A DNA stretch of 64,000 nt from contig OZ281494.1 of NCBI GenBank assembly GCA_965637545.1, forward strand, positions 29,512,001 to 29,576,000, in the 5' to 3' direction. Each line of letters starts with the position of its first letter. Position 1 is the first letter of the stretch. Under the pieces are notes generated by a model, which worked only from the letters and a program-made list of their open reading frames with translations, searched no databases and was not told where the DNA came from. Source of the DNA: Phallusia mammillata. Its lineage: Eukaryota. A program made the translations under genes and the position numbers. This document shows, one piece after another, positions 1 through 13,693 of this stretch.

Positions 1-334
1 AATCGACAAGGACAAAGCTACTTACAAAAAAACTTTAGAGCTGCGATAGTCACTTTGATATCACATGATTTGCGTAAGTTTTCCATGCATTTACTTCAAA
101 CAAATAATATATCAGTGGCGTTTGGTCCAAAACCGAAAAGAACACATCAGCTTTCAGTAATATTTTTTCTATGAAAGGTCTTGTTGTCGCTAGAGTCCGT
201 TGACGCGACAAAATCTCAACAAAGGTAGAATGAACTGATGTGCATGTACAATGGGTACTAGTACCTTGAATACCGCCGTTGTTACACAAACGGTTTCACT
301 TTTACAATTCAATAATATAATACCTTTTTTGCAG

Positions 335-3300
335 GGGCTTTATGCTATCTCGAACTTGGATTGATGATACAGAAATCCGGCGGAGCCTACATTTACTTGC
401 GGGAGGCATATGGAAATGTGATCGGTTATCTTGTTGTCTGGACAACAGTGGTTGTGACAGGACCATCGGCCTCCGCTATTTTGGCAGTGGGATTTGCTGA
501 GTATGCAACAACTCCATTTTACCCACACTGTACTCCACCAGCGACTGTGCAAAAATGCGCTGCGGCCTTCAGCATATGTAAGCTGCTTTTGTAAGGGTTT
601 AGATGAGTGTTAAAGGACTGTATAAGATAATATGCTTTAAGGTTTGTCAAAATAACTTTTTTGAATTGAAAAGTTACATAAACTAGAAGACTGGTGGATC
701 AATGCCGTTCTAAAAATGTTTTTGAATAAAATTACATGTTTATTGCCATATGTGTTTATCTAAGTTGGTGTTGTATCGCAAGGTACTTAGCGCGTTTCAG
801 TCCAAAATCAGATAGCGTCACTATGCTTTTACTATTTGAAATATTTTTCAGTGATTATCGTCTCAATCAACTGCTTTAGTGTCAAACTGGCCAACGCAAT
901 TCAAATATTTTTCACGGCGGCAAAGCTGTTAATTATTGCGGCAATTATCGTCGGAGGTTTCGTAATGCTTGGACAAGGGAAGACAGAAAACTTTAACAAC
1001 GCATTTGAGGGTTCAGCTACTTCGTTTTCTGCCATCGCTGTAGCGTTTTATAGTGGTCTGTGGTCATACGACGGCTGGTGAGTTACATACATACAAAAAT
1101 TTCTGACTATACCATGTGTCAGTTTACAACACAATCCGGGTAAATAAACTGCATGTTGTTGCTATTAATTCTATCCCTTGTTTTTAAGGAATCAACTCAA
1201 CTCTGTCACCGCTGAAGTGAAAAATCCGGTCAAGTAAGTGTTTTCTAGATAAAATATTGCTTGCTTATAAAGAGAACGGGTCTGCTAGGCCATTTTGTTT
1301 GGGGTATGTCTTTGTATGGCAAATTTGTGTCCAATTTTCACACATTTTTTGTCATTTGCCTTTAAGATCAATACAACCAGTGGTGGGATTCAGCCGGTTC
1401 GCACCGGTTCTATAGAACCTTCTCACAAAATTTTTTGAGATCAGCGAACCGGTTAGAATAAATGATTACTGTTAACAGACTTTTTGTAACAGAACCGGCT
1501 GAAAAATACGACTTTTGTGACAGAACCGTTTGACAAAAAATGTGCATACAACTGAATATAAACCACTATTTAATGACAAAAACAGCTCCAGTCTTAGAAG
1601 CTTTAAGGTTCTAATTGAAAAGACATAAAGTTTTTTAACTCATTCTTGTTCCAGCATTGAAATGGTGTCACTGTAGGAAAAAAATACTCCTTTTAACCAC
1701 TTAATGTTTTCGTAGAAACTTTCCGCTTGTGGTAATGATTGGAATTCCGCTTGTTACTGTTCTCTACATTCTCGTCAACATAGCTTACTTCACTGTAATG
1801 ACACCAGCTGAAATGATGCAATCAAATGCCGTTGCAGTCGTAAGTTAGAGTTGACAACATGTGTGCGACTTAAAATATAATTTTAAAACAATATCCAAAA
1901 ATTAGGAATATTGTAAGACCATCAGCAACAAATTCCAATTCTTCAGATTAAAAAAAAAACTTGTAGTACGCGAGGGCGACTGAAGGTGTCATATGTAATC
2001 AAGCCAGTCCCACAAACATCAACAAATTGCAAGACGTATAGGCTGGAAAAATATAGACTGTAGTGGGCTTTCAACTAACAATATGGATCTATTCTAGATG
2101 GTGGTTGACCAACTAAGACAACCGTGCTTGTGTTTCGGTTTTTAGTGTGTTTATACCACTGAGCCTGCAAAACTTAGTTGTCGTTGGTTCGAATCCCATC
2201 GCAGATTTTTTGAGCCTACGCATTCCCAGACAGGAATGCTTGGGAGGCGGTTTGCTTCGGTACAACGTTGTCAATAGCCCTGGCGTATTTCAAAGACTTC
2301 TAGAATCTGTAGGTCTTTTTTTCTATTTCGTGTTTCTTTCCTTATAGAGCTACATGAATGTGCTGTAATCGCTGCGTGGTCTGCACGAAAAAGGTTTAAC
2401 CGTAGTAATACAAACATGTTTATCTAGGACAATTTTCTCTATGTTTCTCACTGCGTAAAAAAATTGATCGGTTCATTTTTCCACTGCAGACGTTTGGAGA
2501 TCGAGTTTTCGGTCCGGCGAGTTTTTTGGTTCCAATTTTTGTTGTCTTCTCGACTTTTGGATCAGCAAACGGAACTGTTTTCAGCACGGGAAGGTTAGTT
2601 AACTTTATTTGTTACTAAATTACAGCACATAAATATTCGACCTATTAACGACCTGTTCCGCGTATGAGCTTGACACTATTAGTTGTGTTTTATTTTCAGA
2701 AAATAAAAATCCAAAACATAATGTTGTTTCTTGCGGTGCATTTAAACGGAAGTAGGCTGTTTATAAATGGATCAAATGACCTTATTGACAAAATTAACTG
2801 TGACGTACAAACTTTAAACCTAAACAAGTTGTAACTAGTCTAAGATGCCAAACAGTTACCTGGCTTTCGTGTCCAATTTTTCCCCCAAAACCCCCACTTT
2901 AAAAAAATGCTTGCTTCACGACATTTCGAAAAAATCTCTTATACCAGGCATAAACTTAGATTTGTAAGGAAATTTGAACCCGACCAGGTCAAACATGCAC
3001 GAGATTAAACAAATCTGCTTCTTATAGAGTGGGCTATGCGGCAGGAAAGAATGGTCACATGGTACGCCTCTTATCATACGTCAGTGTTACAAGGTTGACG
3101 CCCGCTCCTGCCCTGACACTACAGGTCAGTGAAATGAATCGGAATCATAGGCAATGTTTTGCCCAAGGGCGATTAAGTCGATACTTTCGTACATTTGGGT
3201 CAAATCAGGTATTTGATTGTAGCAGATAGACCTGTAGCAAAAAAAGGTAAAATACCAACTTTCCTCAAAGAAATCAAGTTTATAACTTACCAGGTATAAA

Positions 3301-4731
3301 GACAAAGTATTTGTTACACGAACCAATAAAAGTTATTGTTTGGCAATGTGTTGTCAGTCAAGTCTATGTACAGCAGTAAATCTGGTTAGGCGGATAGCCT
3401 ACACAATTTGAACAGCTTCGAAGATACATTACTTTAGCCCGTTCTGATAAAGGCCTTCTTACAGTCGGCTTTGTGAAAGTAAGCAAAAACAAGTGCAAGA
3501 GTATTTTAGGCAACAAAGTTTTTTCATCATGTTCATGTTTTCTTGCAGGGCACCATCGCTGTTATCATGATCATTCCCAACACCTCAACCTTCTCAAGCC
3601 TCATCGATTACTTCACATTCGCCACATGGATTTTTCATGGTTTTACTTTTCTATCTGTGCTCGTTCTTCGATATCAAAAACCAAACTGGAAACGGCCATA
3701 CAGAGTATGCAAAACTGCCTTTTATAAATATTAATAACGTAGTGTTCAAACAACACTTGCGACAAGTTTTAGATGTTCCATTATTGCTAGTGTAAACAAC
3801 GGTATTTAAATAAATTGTGTGTGTTATAAGACGTTTTCTCCCAAAGTACAAAGAAATGGAAGACATTATCGGCAAAATACACACAGAGCTTGTTTGGTTG
3901 ATGAACCAGAATAACTTGTTTGGCATCTCAAAAATACTTCAGGTGTATTGCAATATGTTTGTTTTTTTTGTAAACGAAAGCGTTTCAACCTAAAAACAAA
4001 GCAGTATATAGGATGTAAGGCAGGCAAACAGATTGAAAAGCCATGATCTACACAATTTTCTTTCAGGTGTTTCTTCCAATCCCGGTCATCTGTTTTCTCG
4101 CATCTCTATATCTCATCGTTGCTCCCATTCTAGAAGATCCAGCTATTGAATATCTCTATGCAGCAATCTTCATTCTAGCAGGACTTACATTTTATATTCC
4201 CTTTGTGCATTTCAAGATTGTTCCGACGTTTATGGGTAAAATAGCGGTTTACTCTGCTTTGTCAGACTGAACTACTGATTTTCGTTGACTACATGACCAT
4301 ACAAAATGTTCGTCACTATAAGTATTTAACCTTCTGTTGGTGCTCGAATAGTGTAGGTTTCGCTGTTTTCAACCTATCGGTAGGTTGGTTATGGCTCATG
4401 ATACCTCAATGTTAAGACAAATCCCCACATCGAATTTCAGTGTTACCTAGGCTAACCATTTTTTCACCACCGAAAAGGAAGACACATTGTTAAAAAGAAC
4501 ATTGTCCACTAAACATTACTTGTTTTTTCGTAAAAAATGAGGACATGTCATCAAAAAAGGGGACGTATGATGGGCCTTTTGTTAACACATTAACCTAATT
4601 TGTTTTCCTGCAAAACAGGTCCATTGACAATATATTTGCAAGAGTTACTGGAAGTTGTGCCACCTCCGGAAGACGAATTGATGCTTGATGGTGAAGTGGA
4701 GGAAGAATTGGAAAAGTCACATGCATTCTGA
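335..4731 (+). CDS. SLC7A9: b(0,+)-type amino acid transporter 1-like (SLC7 light chain), copy A, 5'-partial
   Basis: GT-AG exons 335-577, 852-1077, 1189-1233, 1716-1839, 2490-2593, 3028-3124, 3549-3704, 4067-4235, 4619-4731 (TGA). Motifs: [18 protein letters not shown] (heavy-chain disulfide Cys loop), [12 protein letters not shown] (TM6 with the b0,+AT-type Asp), C-terminal EVVPP. The first two coding exons lie before the window. The symbol means SLC7A9-like co-ortholog. Confidence 0.9.
1378..1545 (+). mobile_element. Truncated MITE-like repeat (CAGTGGTGGGATTCAGCCGGTTCGCACCGGTT end)
   Basis: Starts with a CAG-type terminal motif. A clearly related copy lies on the minus strand at ~17960-18117. 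No second TIR or TSD seen; right boundary approximate. Confidence 0.55.
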
Positions 4732-6146
4732 TCTTTTGTTCATTACAATTTTTTAGTACGTTCCGTTTTTAGTCGTGTATACTGTATTTTGTTTTCGTTT
4801 GAATTTAGTTTTAAAGTTAGAGTAACAAATTAAATTGTTAAACCGTGTATACCGTATCAAAAGATATTTATTCTTCAGGAAAGTGCTAATGGGAAATAGG
4901 TATAGAAAAAGTCGTTATTAACTTTTACAAGTAAAAGTTTGAGTTTGATGTCAATTATCGCTTTATTCAAGTTTCTATCATTAATCCAGTTTGTTCCTGG
5001 ACAGATAAGCATTAACGATGCAACGCGTTGGTATTTGTGTTTGACTAAGTTTCTGTTTACATCGTGTCAAACCAGAAAATTATATGGTCCGATATTTGTA
5101 CAGATTACTAGTTCAGACTATGGTCAATAGGTCGTCCTATCTTTTTGGACTATACTGCACATAGTTTGGAAGCAGACGACAGATTCCTTCAATAATTACG
5201 GCAAAACTTCATAGGTTACACCGCTGAATTGTGCAAATCACGATTTGGTAAATCACATGTCAACATTGGTTCCTATTGTGTTGGTAGCGCAAACAATGAA
5301 CGGCGGTATTTGGCATGTGTGCAAGTCGCAAATTCAAGCAGTTAATGGTTCTGCCAAACACATGAGCAGTTTATTAGTGATCACAAAGTCGTAGGAAACT
5401 TTGTTCGGTTAAAGTTATCCAAACGTAAGGGCCACTACCCAAACATGATTAGAACAAGTTAAAATAGTCTTCGATACCTTTTAGAAAACAACAGTTCTCA
5501 CGCCAAACGGTAGCAGTATGTGGCGACGGAATATCCATAAACGACAGCTAGGATTTTAAACAGGTTTATGTTTAGGGATTTCATCATACAGAGTCTATAT
5601 TAGGCATTTAATTGCAAGTCAGCTGGGCGAAACGGGTGCGGTTTGGGCGATTAAGTAAACTGATGTATAATCCAAACTTCGGTCCAAAAAGAAAAAAATG
5701 TTTTCTTGTAACAATTTCCCGCAATGCATGAAAGACTAGTTAACGGTTAACGAACAGCTAAAAAGCATGGCAATAAAAACTCCCGAAGCTTGTTGATGTT
5801 GCAGGGCGTACTAGACAACAGGAATGTTTTCAAATCGCCTCGTTTTGTCATATTTTAAAGCTTATCATAAGGTGAATGCCCACTAGTTACAAACCGCTCA
5901 GTAGCTAAAATTTCAAAAAGCGATATATAAGCTATTGCTGCCAGGCATAATATAAGTTTATAGAGCTCTTCTGGCAAATTTGTTTTTTTTCGGACGTTTC
6001 GACGTCCTATATACAGGTCGCCTTAAAAAGCAATGTTTCTTAGAAATTTTGTTCGTGTTGCATACAGGCGGTTTATCTTACTTTACGTAAAGGCAACTTG
6101 TAAACAAAATCGTTTCTGTCTGGTTGTTTGCGGTTAGAATTTCAAG

Positions 6147-9100
6147 ATGTCGGAAACAGAAATGAAACATCGAAAGTTTAGTTCAACATCAAGCAACAAA
6201 TCCAGTGAAGATGAAGTGGAGCTAAAACGGGAGGTTTGTTCTTTTCTGACCAAAGTTCGGAAAACTTTTTTATAATTGTTTAAGCGATTATCCCCTTCTT
6301 AACAATACTTCTACAGAAGTAGCAAAAAGATTCAAAACTGTAAACAAATCGAGATTTTGCTATTTACATACTGTGTTTGTAAAATCTTACAAATGGTTGA
6401 GTGTTTTAGTTTTAAACACAATCTTATCCGGAAGTAAAATTCAATTCGCGATTGTGATAAGTACAACTAAAAAATCGCTATCTTTTGATCTAATTCAACT
6501 TTAGGCAATCATAATAGTAGCTGTTGTCACTTCAGTTGCAAAAAATGTAAGACCTTGTGTTTACTGTTTAGGTGGGATTAATCGGAGGCATATCATTGGT
6601 GGTCGGGACTATGATCGGATCCGGGATCTTTCTTTCCCCTGCTGGGATATTAGCGGAAGCAGAATCGGTTGGAGCCAGTCTCTGTGTTTGGGCTGGATGT
6701 GGGGTTCTTGCCACCTTAAGTAAGTCCTATAATGTGTTGTGTTGTATTTTTACGGGGTTTAAACCCAGGACACTCCCGGGGACGATTTCCCGAACAGGTT
6801 TTTTATGTCCGTATGGGTCGGGCGCGCCAGACCATTCGACCAAGTTTCTGCCCAGTCCTACAATGTTTGTAAAGACACCGATTACCGATTTATGCACCGT
6901 CACCAACCGGTAAAATGCTTGTTTTCAAAAAACACATGAGACGTGAAAAACAGAGTGAGCCTAAACATAACAAAATAAGTACATCAAATATAGACATTTG
7001 TCTCTCTTTCTTAGGCCGTGGTTGAGTACAAACTTGCAATGAAAAACAAGGGTGGATTGGGATAGGTTTGGTTGGATCGTTAAAAGTAAAGTTGATGTTT
7101 GCAGTGTTTGTGGTTAGTTTGTGCAACCCAGTTAGTACACAGAGTTTATCGCTTTCGCGGTCGTTGTGCTTGGGAAAAATCAATCGTAAATGTTTGAAAA
7201 ACAAGGTATCATTCCAAAGCAAATGTAACTTTGCCTTGTTGTGAAATCAATGATGAAACACTACTTTTGCTAACACAAACCAATCCGAGTATTTGTCATG
7301 TATTCAGAATGCAGTATGAAACGACAACTATAAATTGGTTACCAGATAGCTTTTCACGGTACCAATATTACCAGCAGGTTACATTGAGGATTGAGTACCA
7401 ACAAATGTAAAACGCTTTGTCATCCCCGGATTTTTATCTACCTTGCAATAAATCAACAAGCATATGAGCAGCTGCGTAACATCAGCTGATCAAATTAACT
7501 GTTTGCTTGCTTTGTGTGCAATGCTTACTGTGAGAATGAAAGGTACGTTCGCTGACCAAATAATATATATTGTTCTATTCTATTTAATGGCGAACATACA
7601 AGCTCTTATTTGCGATATCTTCCCTTTTAAGACCTTGGTTAATTCGGACCCGCTTTGACCTAAAACTTTTTTTTAGACTTTTTTTGGACAAGATTCGGTG
7701 AAGATACAGATTAACCGGTCTAAATTAGTTCAAGCCTTACCACATTACAAATCAATTGTACCTTGTGTAATTAGGCGAAGATCCGGATTAACCTAACCGG
7801 GTTAACCGAGGTTTACTGTATTTGCAAATTTCTACAAATACTGACAATAATGTTAAAGCAAAGCGATACAAACACTTTGAAATACTTTAGTCCAAAACCT
7901 TAAATCTAATCTATATCTGCATAATAGGTTTCAGCCCTACTTTTGGGTCCGCCTTCAACTCTGAATCCAACCCTCTTTATACGTTTAGGTGCTATTAGTT
8001 ACATTGAACTTGGCCTGATGATCACAAAATCTGGAGGGGAGTATCAATATCTGAGGGCTGCATTCGGGAATTTAGTTGGATATCTAGTAGTGTGGACTTC
8101 AGTGGTTGTCACCAAACCATCTTCGTTCGCTATTATCGCTGTAGGCTTCGCTGAATACGTCACGGCCCCTTTTTACCCCGGATGTACCCCGCCTGTCACA
8201 ATTCAGAAGTGTGCTGCTGCATTTTGTATTCGTAAGTCTTGGTTTTGGTTCGTGGAAAAATAGGCGCTTTCAACGATAATGATTTGATTTTCGAAAAAAT
8301 AAGTTATATTTTGGGTCACAAAAGTGACCCCAAAAGGTACCGAATGTTTTATATTGTACATAAATGGCTTAAATAGAATAACACTCTTAAAAAATAATAA
8401 AGATGGCACCATGAGTAGATTTCAGACGTTTTAAAAATGCATCAAATTATATTGTCATGTTGGTCCGTCTGGTGTGTCACCGCAGACAAAGTAATCACTC
8501 ATTAACTATTAACGATGTCACTCAGGATGAGATTCCACGGTTTTGGAATTGTTTGCCTAACTCGTGTATGCAATGGATATAGTTTTACAGTCGTGTGAAG
8601 AAATAGTGTCCCAGGCCAACTTTCATACACAAAACGTCCCATCTGTATGTTTGCTTCGAGGGAAATTATATCCTGTTGGCATTTGCGGAAGGAGTTTTAT
8701 TGTTGTAATATGGCGCCCCAGTGACAAGTTTAAGTTAACCATCCCAATCTAAATCGTAACTTAAATAAATAAAAGTTAGTCGATGTGTGGGTACAAAGGT
8801 GTAGTAAATACTGTGGAATATATATTTCGTCTAATTGGTATCTTCAGAACTTTAATCCTTTCTCGTGTTTTTGTACAGTTCTTATAACGGCAATCAATTG
8901 CTTCAGTGTCAAACTGAGTAACTTCGTTCAAATCTTCTTCACCGCGGCTAAGCTTGCCATCATTGCGGCCATTATTGTCGGTGGTTTCGTAATGCTCGGA
9001 CAGGGAAGGACTGAAAACTTTCAAAATGCCTTTGCGGGATCAGCCAGCTCGTTCTCGGCAATAGCTGTGGCGTTTTATAGCGGCTTGTGGTCGTACGACG

Positions 9101-12100
9101 GCTGGTGAGTACAGTAATTACTTGTTTCTTAAAACTTCAACTCTTCAAACATTATGCCTTTGTATAGTTTGGCAAATCTAACTGTTGAAATATTGACCCA
9201 AAAGAACACTTTGGTAAAAGCTCTACAAAAATTATCTTTTTATAACATGAATTTGGTTTTTGGGAATCGCGGTACAAAAAGGTTATACCAAACTCCTCAT
9301 GGTAAAATGATGGAAAGAGCTTTTTGAGATGGTCACAGTCCACAATGACCAGGCGATAAACTCCAACTAAAACTTCTAAATCGGTTTGAGATGAAACAAA
9401 GGCAACAAAAGTTTTCCCATTCTCCACATATAAGCAAAGTTGTGTTCGCATTTAGAAAACATCACATATTCCACATAGGGAAAAAACACTTGTTTGAAAA
9501 GATGATTGACAAAATTAACATTTTTCAGGAATCAGTTAAATTTCGTCACCGAAGAAATAGAAAACCCTGCAAGGTAACGAATAAAGTATAGGCCTACTAA
9601 TTTATTCAATAAAAGCGTGTTTAGGTTAATGACAAAGGTGAACAAAGTTTTTTTACCCTATAGTCTTTCATAGGGAATTCCCTTGTTGGAAATGAATTTT
9701 GCACCAGAAAAACATTAAAAATTGCAAGAACACTATAAAAAGACAAAAGAACAATGAAAAACCTTGCTGTTGCTACAAGTGTTGGGTTTAGAACATTCTG
9801 TAGGTCATTTGGTAGAACGCGAGCCGAGGAAAGGCTCACGTCGTGCGTTCGAATCCCACCGCGGGCTACATTTTTCTCCCCTATTTCTTGTCATGTGGGA
9901 TTGCGTCCTTGGCCTGGCGTACTAGGATTTATATATTAGTGTGCTCTAGTTGGTCTGTATGGACACTTCAGGGCTGATGCCTGATATGAACGTATCTTAA
10001 TCAATTCTTGCATAGTTTTTTTAATTCCACAGAAACTTTCCGCTTGTCATCGGGATCGGAATTCCTCTTGTTACTGTCCTCTACATCCTCGTCAACATCT
10101 CCTACTTTACTGTGATGACAACCACAGAAATGCTACAATCAACAGCGGTCGCTATTGTAAGTAATATGTGATAAAAAGTGTTTGCCAAGTAATTTTTTTC
10201 ATAATGTACTATATACGCTCAAAATAAACTTACCCTATGAAGTGATGTTTAAATACAAATCGTTGCCAATCAAAAAACATTGTTCCTTATCTCGGCAAGC
10301 ATAACAAGTTTTTAGATTAATTATTTGCACTTTGAAAATTTCAACTCTTGTAAAAATACGAATCTGAAATCTTTTAATAAGTGATATAATCAATGATTTA
10401 TAAACCAGATTATGGGTACAGAAAATTAAAGCGCCTTTTCCACAGTTGTAACTCGTTATAAACTCTGTGTTTCAATGGTTTATTTTGTGTGTTTTATGTC
10501 ACCGAACGCATTTTAAACACTCCAAGTTGTGTGGTTTTGTATAAAAACGCTTTGAGTAGTTGCCAATTCACTTAACTACACTGTTTAAGTATTTACTCGC
10601 ATGTCAAGTGTTGTTCACGAGCCTGCTATTGCAATCTTGCCAAAGTCAATACACCCGATGTGTTTTCGATAACCTTCGCAAACAACCAACAAAATGCATT
10701 GACGTCATATGTTTAAACACATGCATTAAATGACGTAAAAACCCAGGCTACGCATGCAGTGTAAATTCCAATACTTTAGAGATTTAAGGTTTAGTAATGG
10801 AACAATAAACACGTTTAGTGGTTTTAAACCTAAACTTCTAATAAAATAATTAGCTTGGAGAGAATATCTGATACTTCCTAAAAAGCCATACTGAAAAATC
10901 ATATCACAATCACACCATATAGCAGGGGTGGCCAAACTTTTTTACCAGAGGGCCAAATTTGCAACTGTCTTGCCACTGGAGGGCCGGATTAAATAAGATT
11001 TACGTAAAATTTGCGGTAACTGGTTGCCATCTTTGTTAAAATATATATTATTGTAGTAGAATAACAATAAATAACACCATCTTGTTTACACTTGTATTTA
11101 ATAAATACAGGCTATGTTAGCTACTTACGTCATGGTTGACAGACTGTTCTAAAAATAACGCTGCAAGGGCATTTATTCTAAAATTAACAACGCTTAATTG
11201 CCACAAGCTACTGCTAGTAGCAGCCAGCGCTGTTGCACTGCTTGTTCACAGTGGTAAATATGGTGCTTGGAAAAAAAACAGACAAGGTGTTTGGCGGGCC
11301 GGATGAAACAGGACTGGGGGCCGGTATAGTAAACATATATCATTTCACCCATCCGAGGCAAAAGCCGACCATTTACGTGCAACAAAGAATTACAGCATAT
11401 GAAGTACAATCAGCACAAAATTTACAGTAAAGGATTTTGCTGGAGTTTCGAAACCTAATGTGAAGAGGAGCAATTAAAGTTCATTGGATGTAAATTTATG
11501 TTTCAGACATTCGGTGATCGAGTATTTGGACCTGCTAGCTTTCTTGTTCCCGTTGCAGTCGCTTGTTCGACTTTTGGGGCCGCGAACGGAAGCGCTTTTA
11601 CCGCTGGCAGGTAAGGAATGGAAAAGCAACATGCATTTGTTTAATTAAAGTGGATTTCGCTGGACAAATAAAACTCTGATAATACTGTACAGTACAACAG
11701 ACCGATGGATGACACAATTACGTCAACTATTTTGTTTATATGTTGTAAATGCTTTTGTGGTAAACTCCAACCAACATTCCATCGTACAAAGAGCCCTTAT
11801 CAAACACAACAAATGATTGGTTAAAGCGTTTTCCCTCTAGCTCCCTCTGGCGTGAAGCACTATAAAGCGATTTTTGTGATGGTCTAAAACTTTGCAACGT
11901 CGAGCACGTTTCATATAACTGATCTATATTTACTTTGGGTGAAATGCTTAGCATCTTTAAAAACTGCTTTCAGAATCACGTACGCTGCTGGAAGGAACGG
12001 ACACATGCTGGAAATCTTCTCATTTATCAGTGTGACATGTTACACCCCATCGCCTGCTCTTATGTTCAACGTAAGTTTTTACAGCAGTGTGAGTAATCCA

Positions 12101-13693
12101 TTTAGCTTATGGGTGGAGAAAAAAGCAGTTTGTAAAACAAGCCAAGAAGTTGGCATGTATTCATGTATTAAGTTGTAAAGTCAAGATAACCTTGAAAAAA
12201 TCAAAGGCCACTGCCTGAATTGAATATGGTAGTAAGTTACAAATCCAGAATTAAGAGATAGATTGTAAATCGTGGTTTAAGTGTTGAAACAGGTGCTTTG
12301 TAACCTAACAAGAGAATAATTTGTCACATCATGCATAGATTTATTTTTTAAACCCCAAAAATTACATTACAAATAGGAAATGTTTTCGTATCACACAAAT
12401 TTTACGCCAACATAGTAACCCGGGAGGTCAAGCAAAACTGAATTTACCAAATCCTGATTGTGTTTTAATCACAGTCGTTTATCGCTCTGATCATGATCAT
12501 TCCTAACACATCAACCTTCTCAAGTCTGATCGATTACTTCACATTTGCCTCGTGGATCTTCTACGGCTTTACGTTTCTTTCTGTGCTCGTTCTTCGTTAC
12601 CGAAAACCGAAATGGAAACGACCATACAGAGTAAGTTAAAAAAATCCCAACATCAGTTTGACAAGGTTCCAAAGACTCTTTCTAATTGTTGTTTTTAATG
12701 TTCCTCTCTAATATGGAGGTTAAAAAATTGTGCGGAATAATTAAACAGTTTAAGTTGTTATAACTTTACTTTTTTTAATCTCGTTGTCTTATCAACTTTA
12801 TGAGCTACTTTCTAAATATTTCAACAATGTACTTCTTCTTTGTCTAGAATCTATGAAAAGTTCCATGAATTTCTGGTTTCAGGTCTTTCTCCCGATTCCA
12901 GCCATCTGTTTTATCGCATCTCTGTATCTCATCATTGCTCCCATTCTCGAGGATCCAGCCCTTGAATATCTCTACGCCGCTATTTTCATCCTAGCAGGAC
13001 TGATCTTCTACTTTCCATTCATTTACTTTAAAAAGGTTCCATCGTTTATGGGTAAGACACTTGACATGCAAATACAAGCTTCCCACCAACGCCGAGCAGC
13101 GCATCCGCCAAGGGTTGTGAGTTCTAATCCTTTCCTGGCCCTTTTAATTTCCAGAGCAAGAAACTTGAGCGGTATTGCTCAATCGCAATAGGACTTGTAC
13201 CAACAACCTATGAAAAGATACCCGGAAATGAATTTTCTTAGACCAACTTTCCTGCTTTCAAATAGGGATAAAATGCCTATAACGATTCATTTAGGTTTGT
13301 TAGACTTGTTCACTCGTGCTTGGAATACAGTAATCCAAGCCGCAACAAATTTAAATTTTCCTGCTCTTTCGTTTCTAAAGAAAATTTAGGAAAAACCTGC
13401 GCGTTGGTTGCTGAAAATTTAACTTATGGGTATTTTCTTGCAGACAAGGTTAACGAAAATTATTCAGCTATATTTTAGGAAACCCTGTTGTTTAGTTGTT
13501 GAGCGCGATAAAAAAGCGTCAGTTTGTTGAAACACATTCCATTACGAATGTTGTTATCTTTTTAGGATCTGTGACCTCTTTCCTTCAACAAACTCTTGAA
13601 GTTGTGCCGCCTCCTGCGCTGCTGGACGAGGATGAAGAAATAGAGAAATCAATAGAAGAAATGCACTCAGAAAACAAAGTTCACGCATTCTAA
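6147..13693 (+). CDS. SLC7A9: b(0,+)-type amino acid transporter 1-like (SLC7 light chain), copy B, complete, 508 aa
   Basis: 11 exons: 6147-6233, 6572-6719, 7989-8231, 8879-9104, 9529-9573, 10033-10156, 11507-11610, 11974-12070, 12475-12630, 12883-13051, 13566-13693. Total 1527 nt, in frame. GTMIGSGIF (TM1), [43 protein letters not shown]. Internal exon sizes match copy A. Confidence 0.93.
6752..6843 (-). mobile_element. tRNA-derived SINE-like repeat, family 1
   Basis: Minus strand has an A-box-like TGGTCGAATGG and a B-box-like GGGTTTAAACCC about 70 nt apart, plus an anticodon-stem-like CCCGA/TCGGG pair. Related copies at 44658, 50629 and 55562. No complete acceptor stem. Confidence 0.6.
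9798..9870 (+). pseudogene. tRNA-like sequence (tRNA pseudogene or SINE head) in an SLC7 copy B intron
   Basis: D-arm-like GGTCATTTGGTAGAAC, perfect 5-bp stem GAGCC/GGCTC with a 7-nt loop, and T-loop GTTCGAATCC. The 5' and 3' acceptor strands do not pair, so it is not a functional tRNA. Confidence 0.5.

Noticed and set aside
9798-9870. Functional tRNA with anticodon GGA
   Set aside because: The acceptor stem cannot form and the D and T stems have mismatches.
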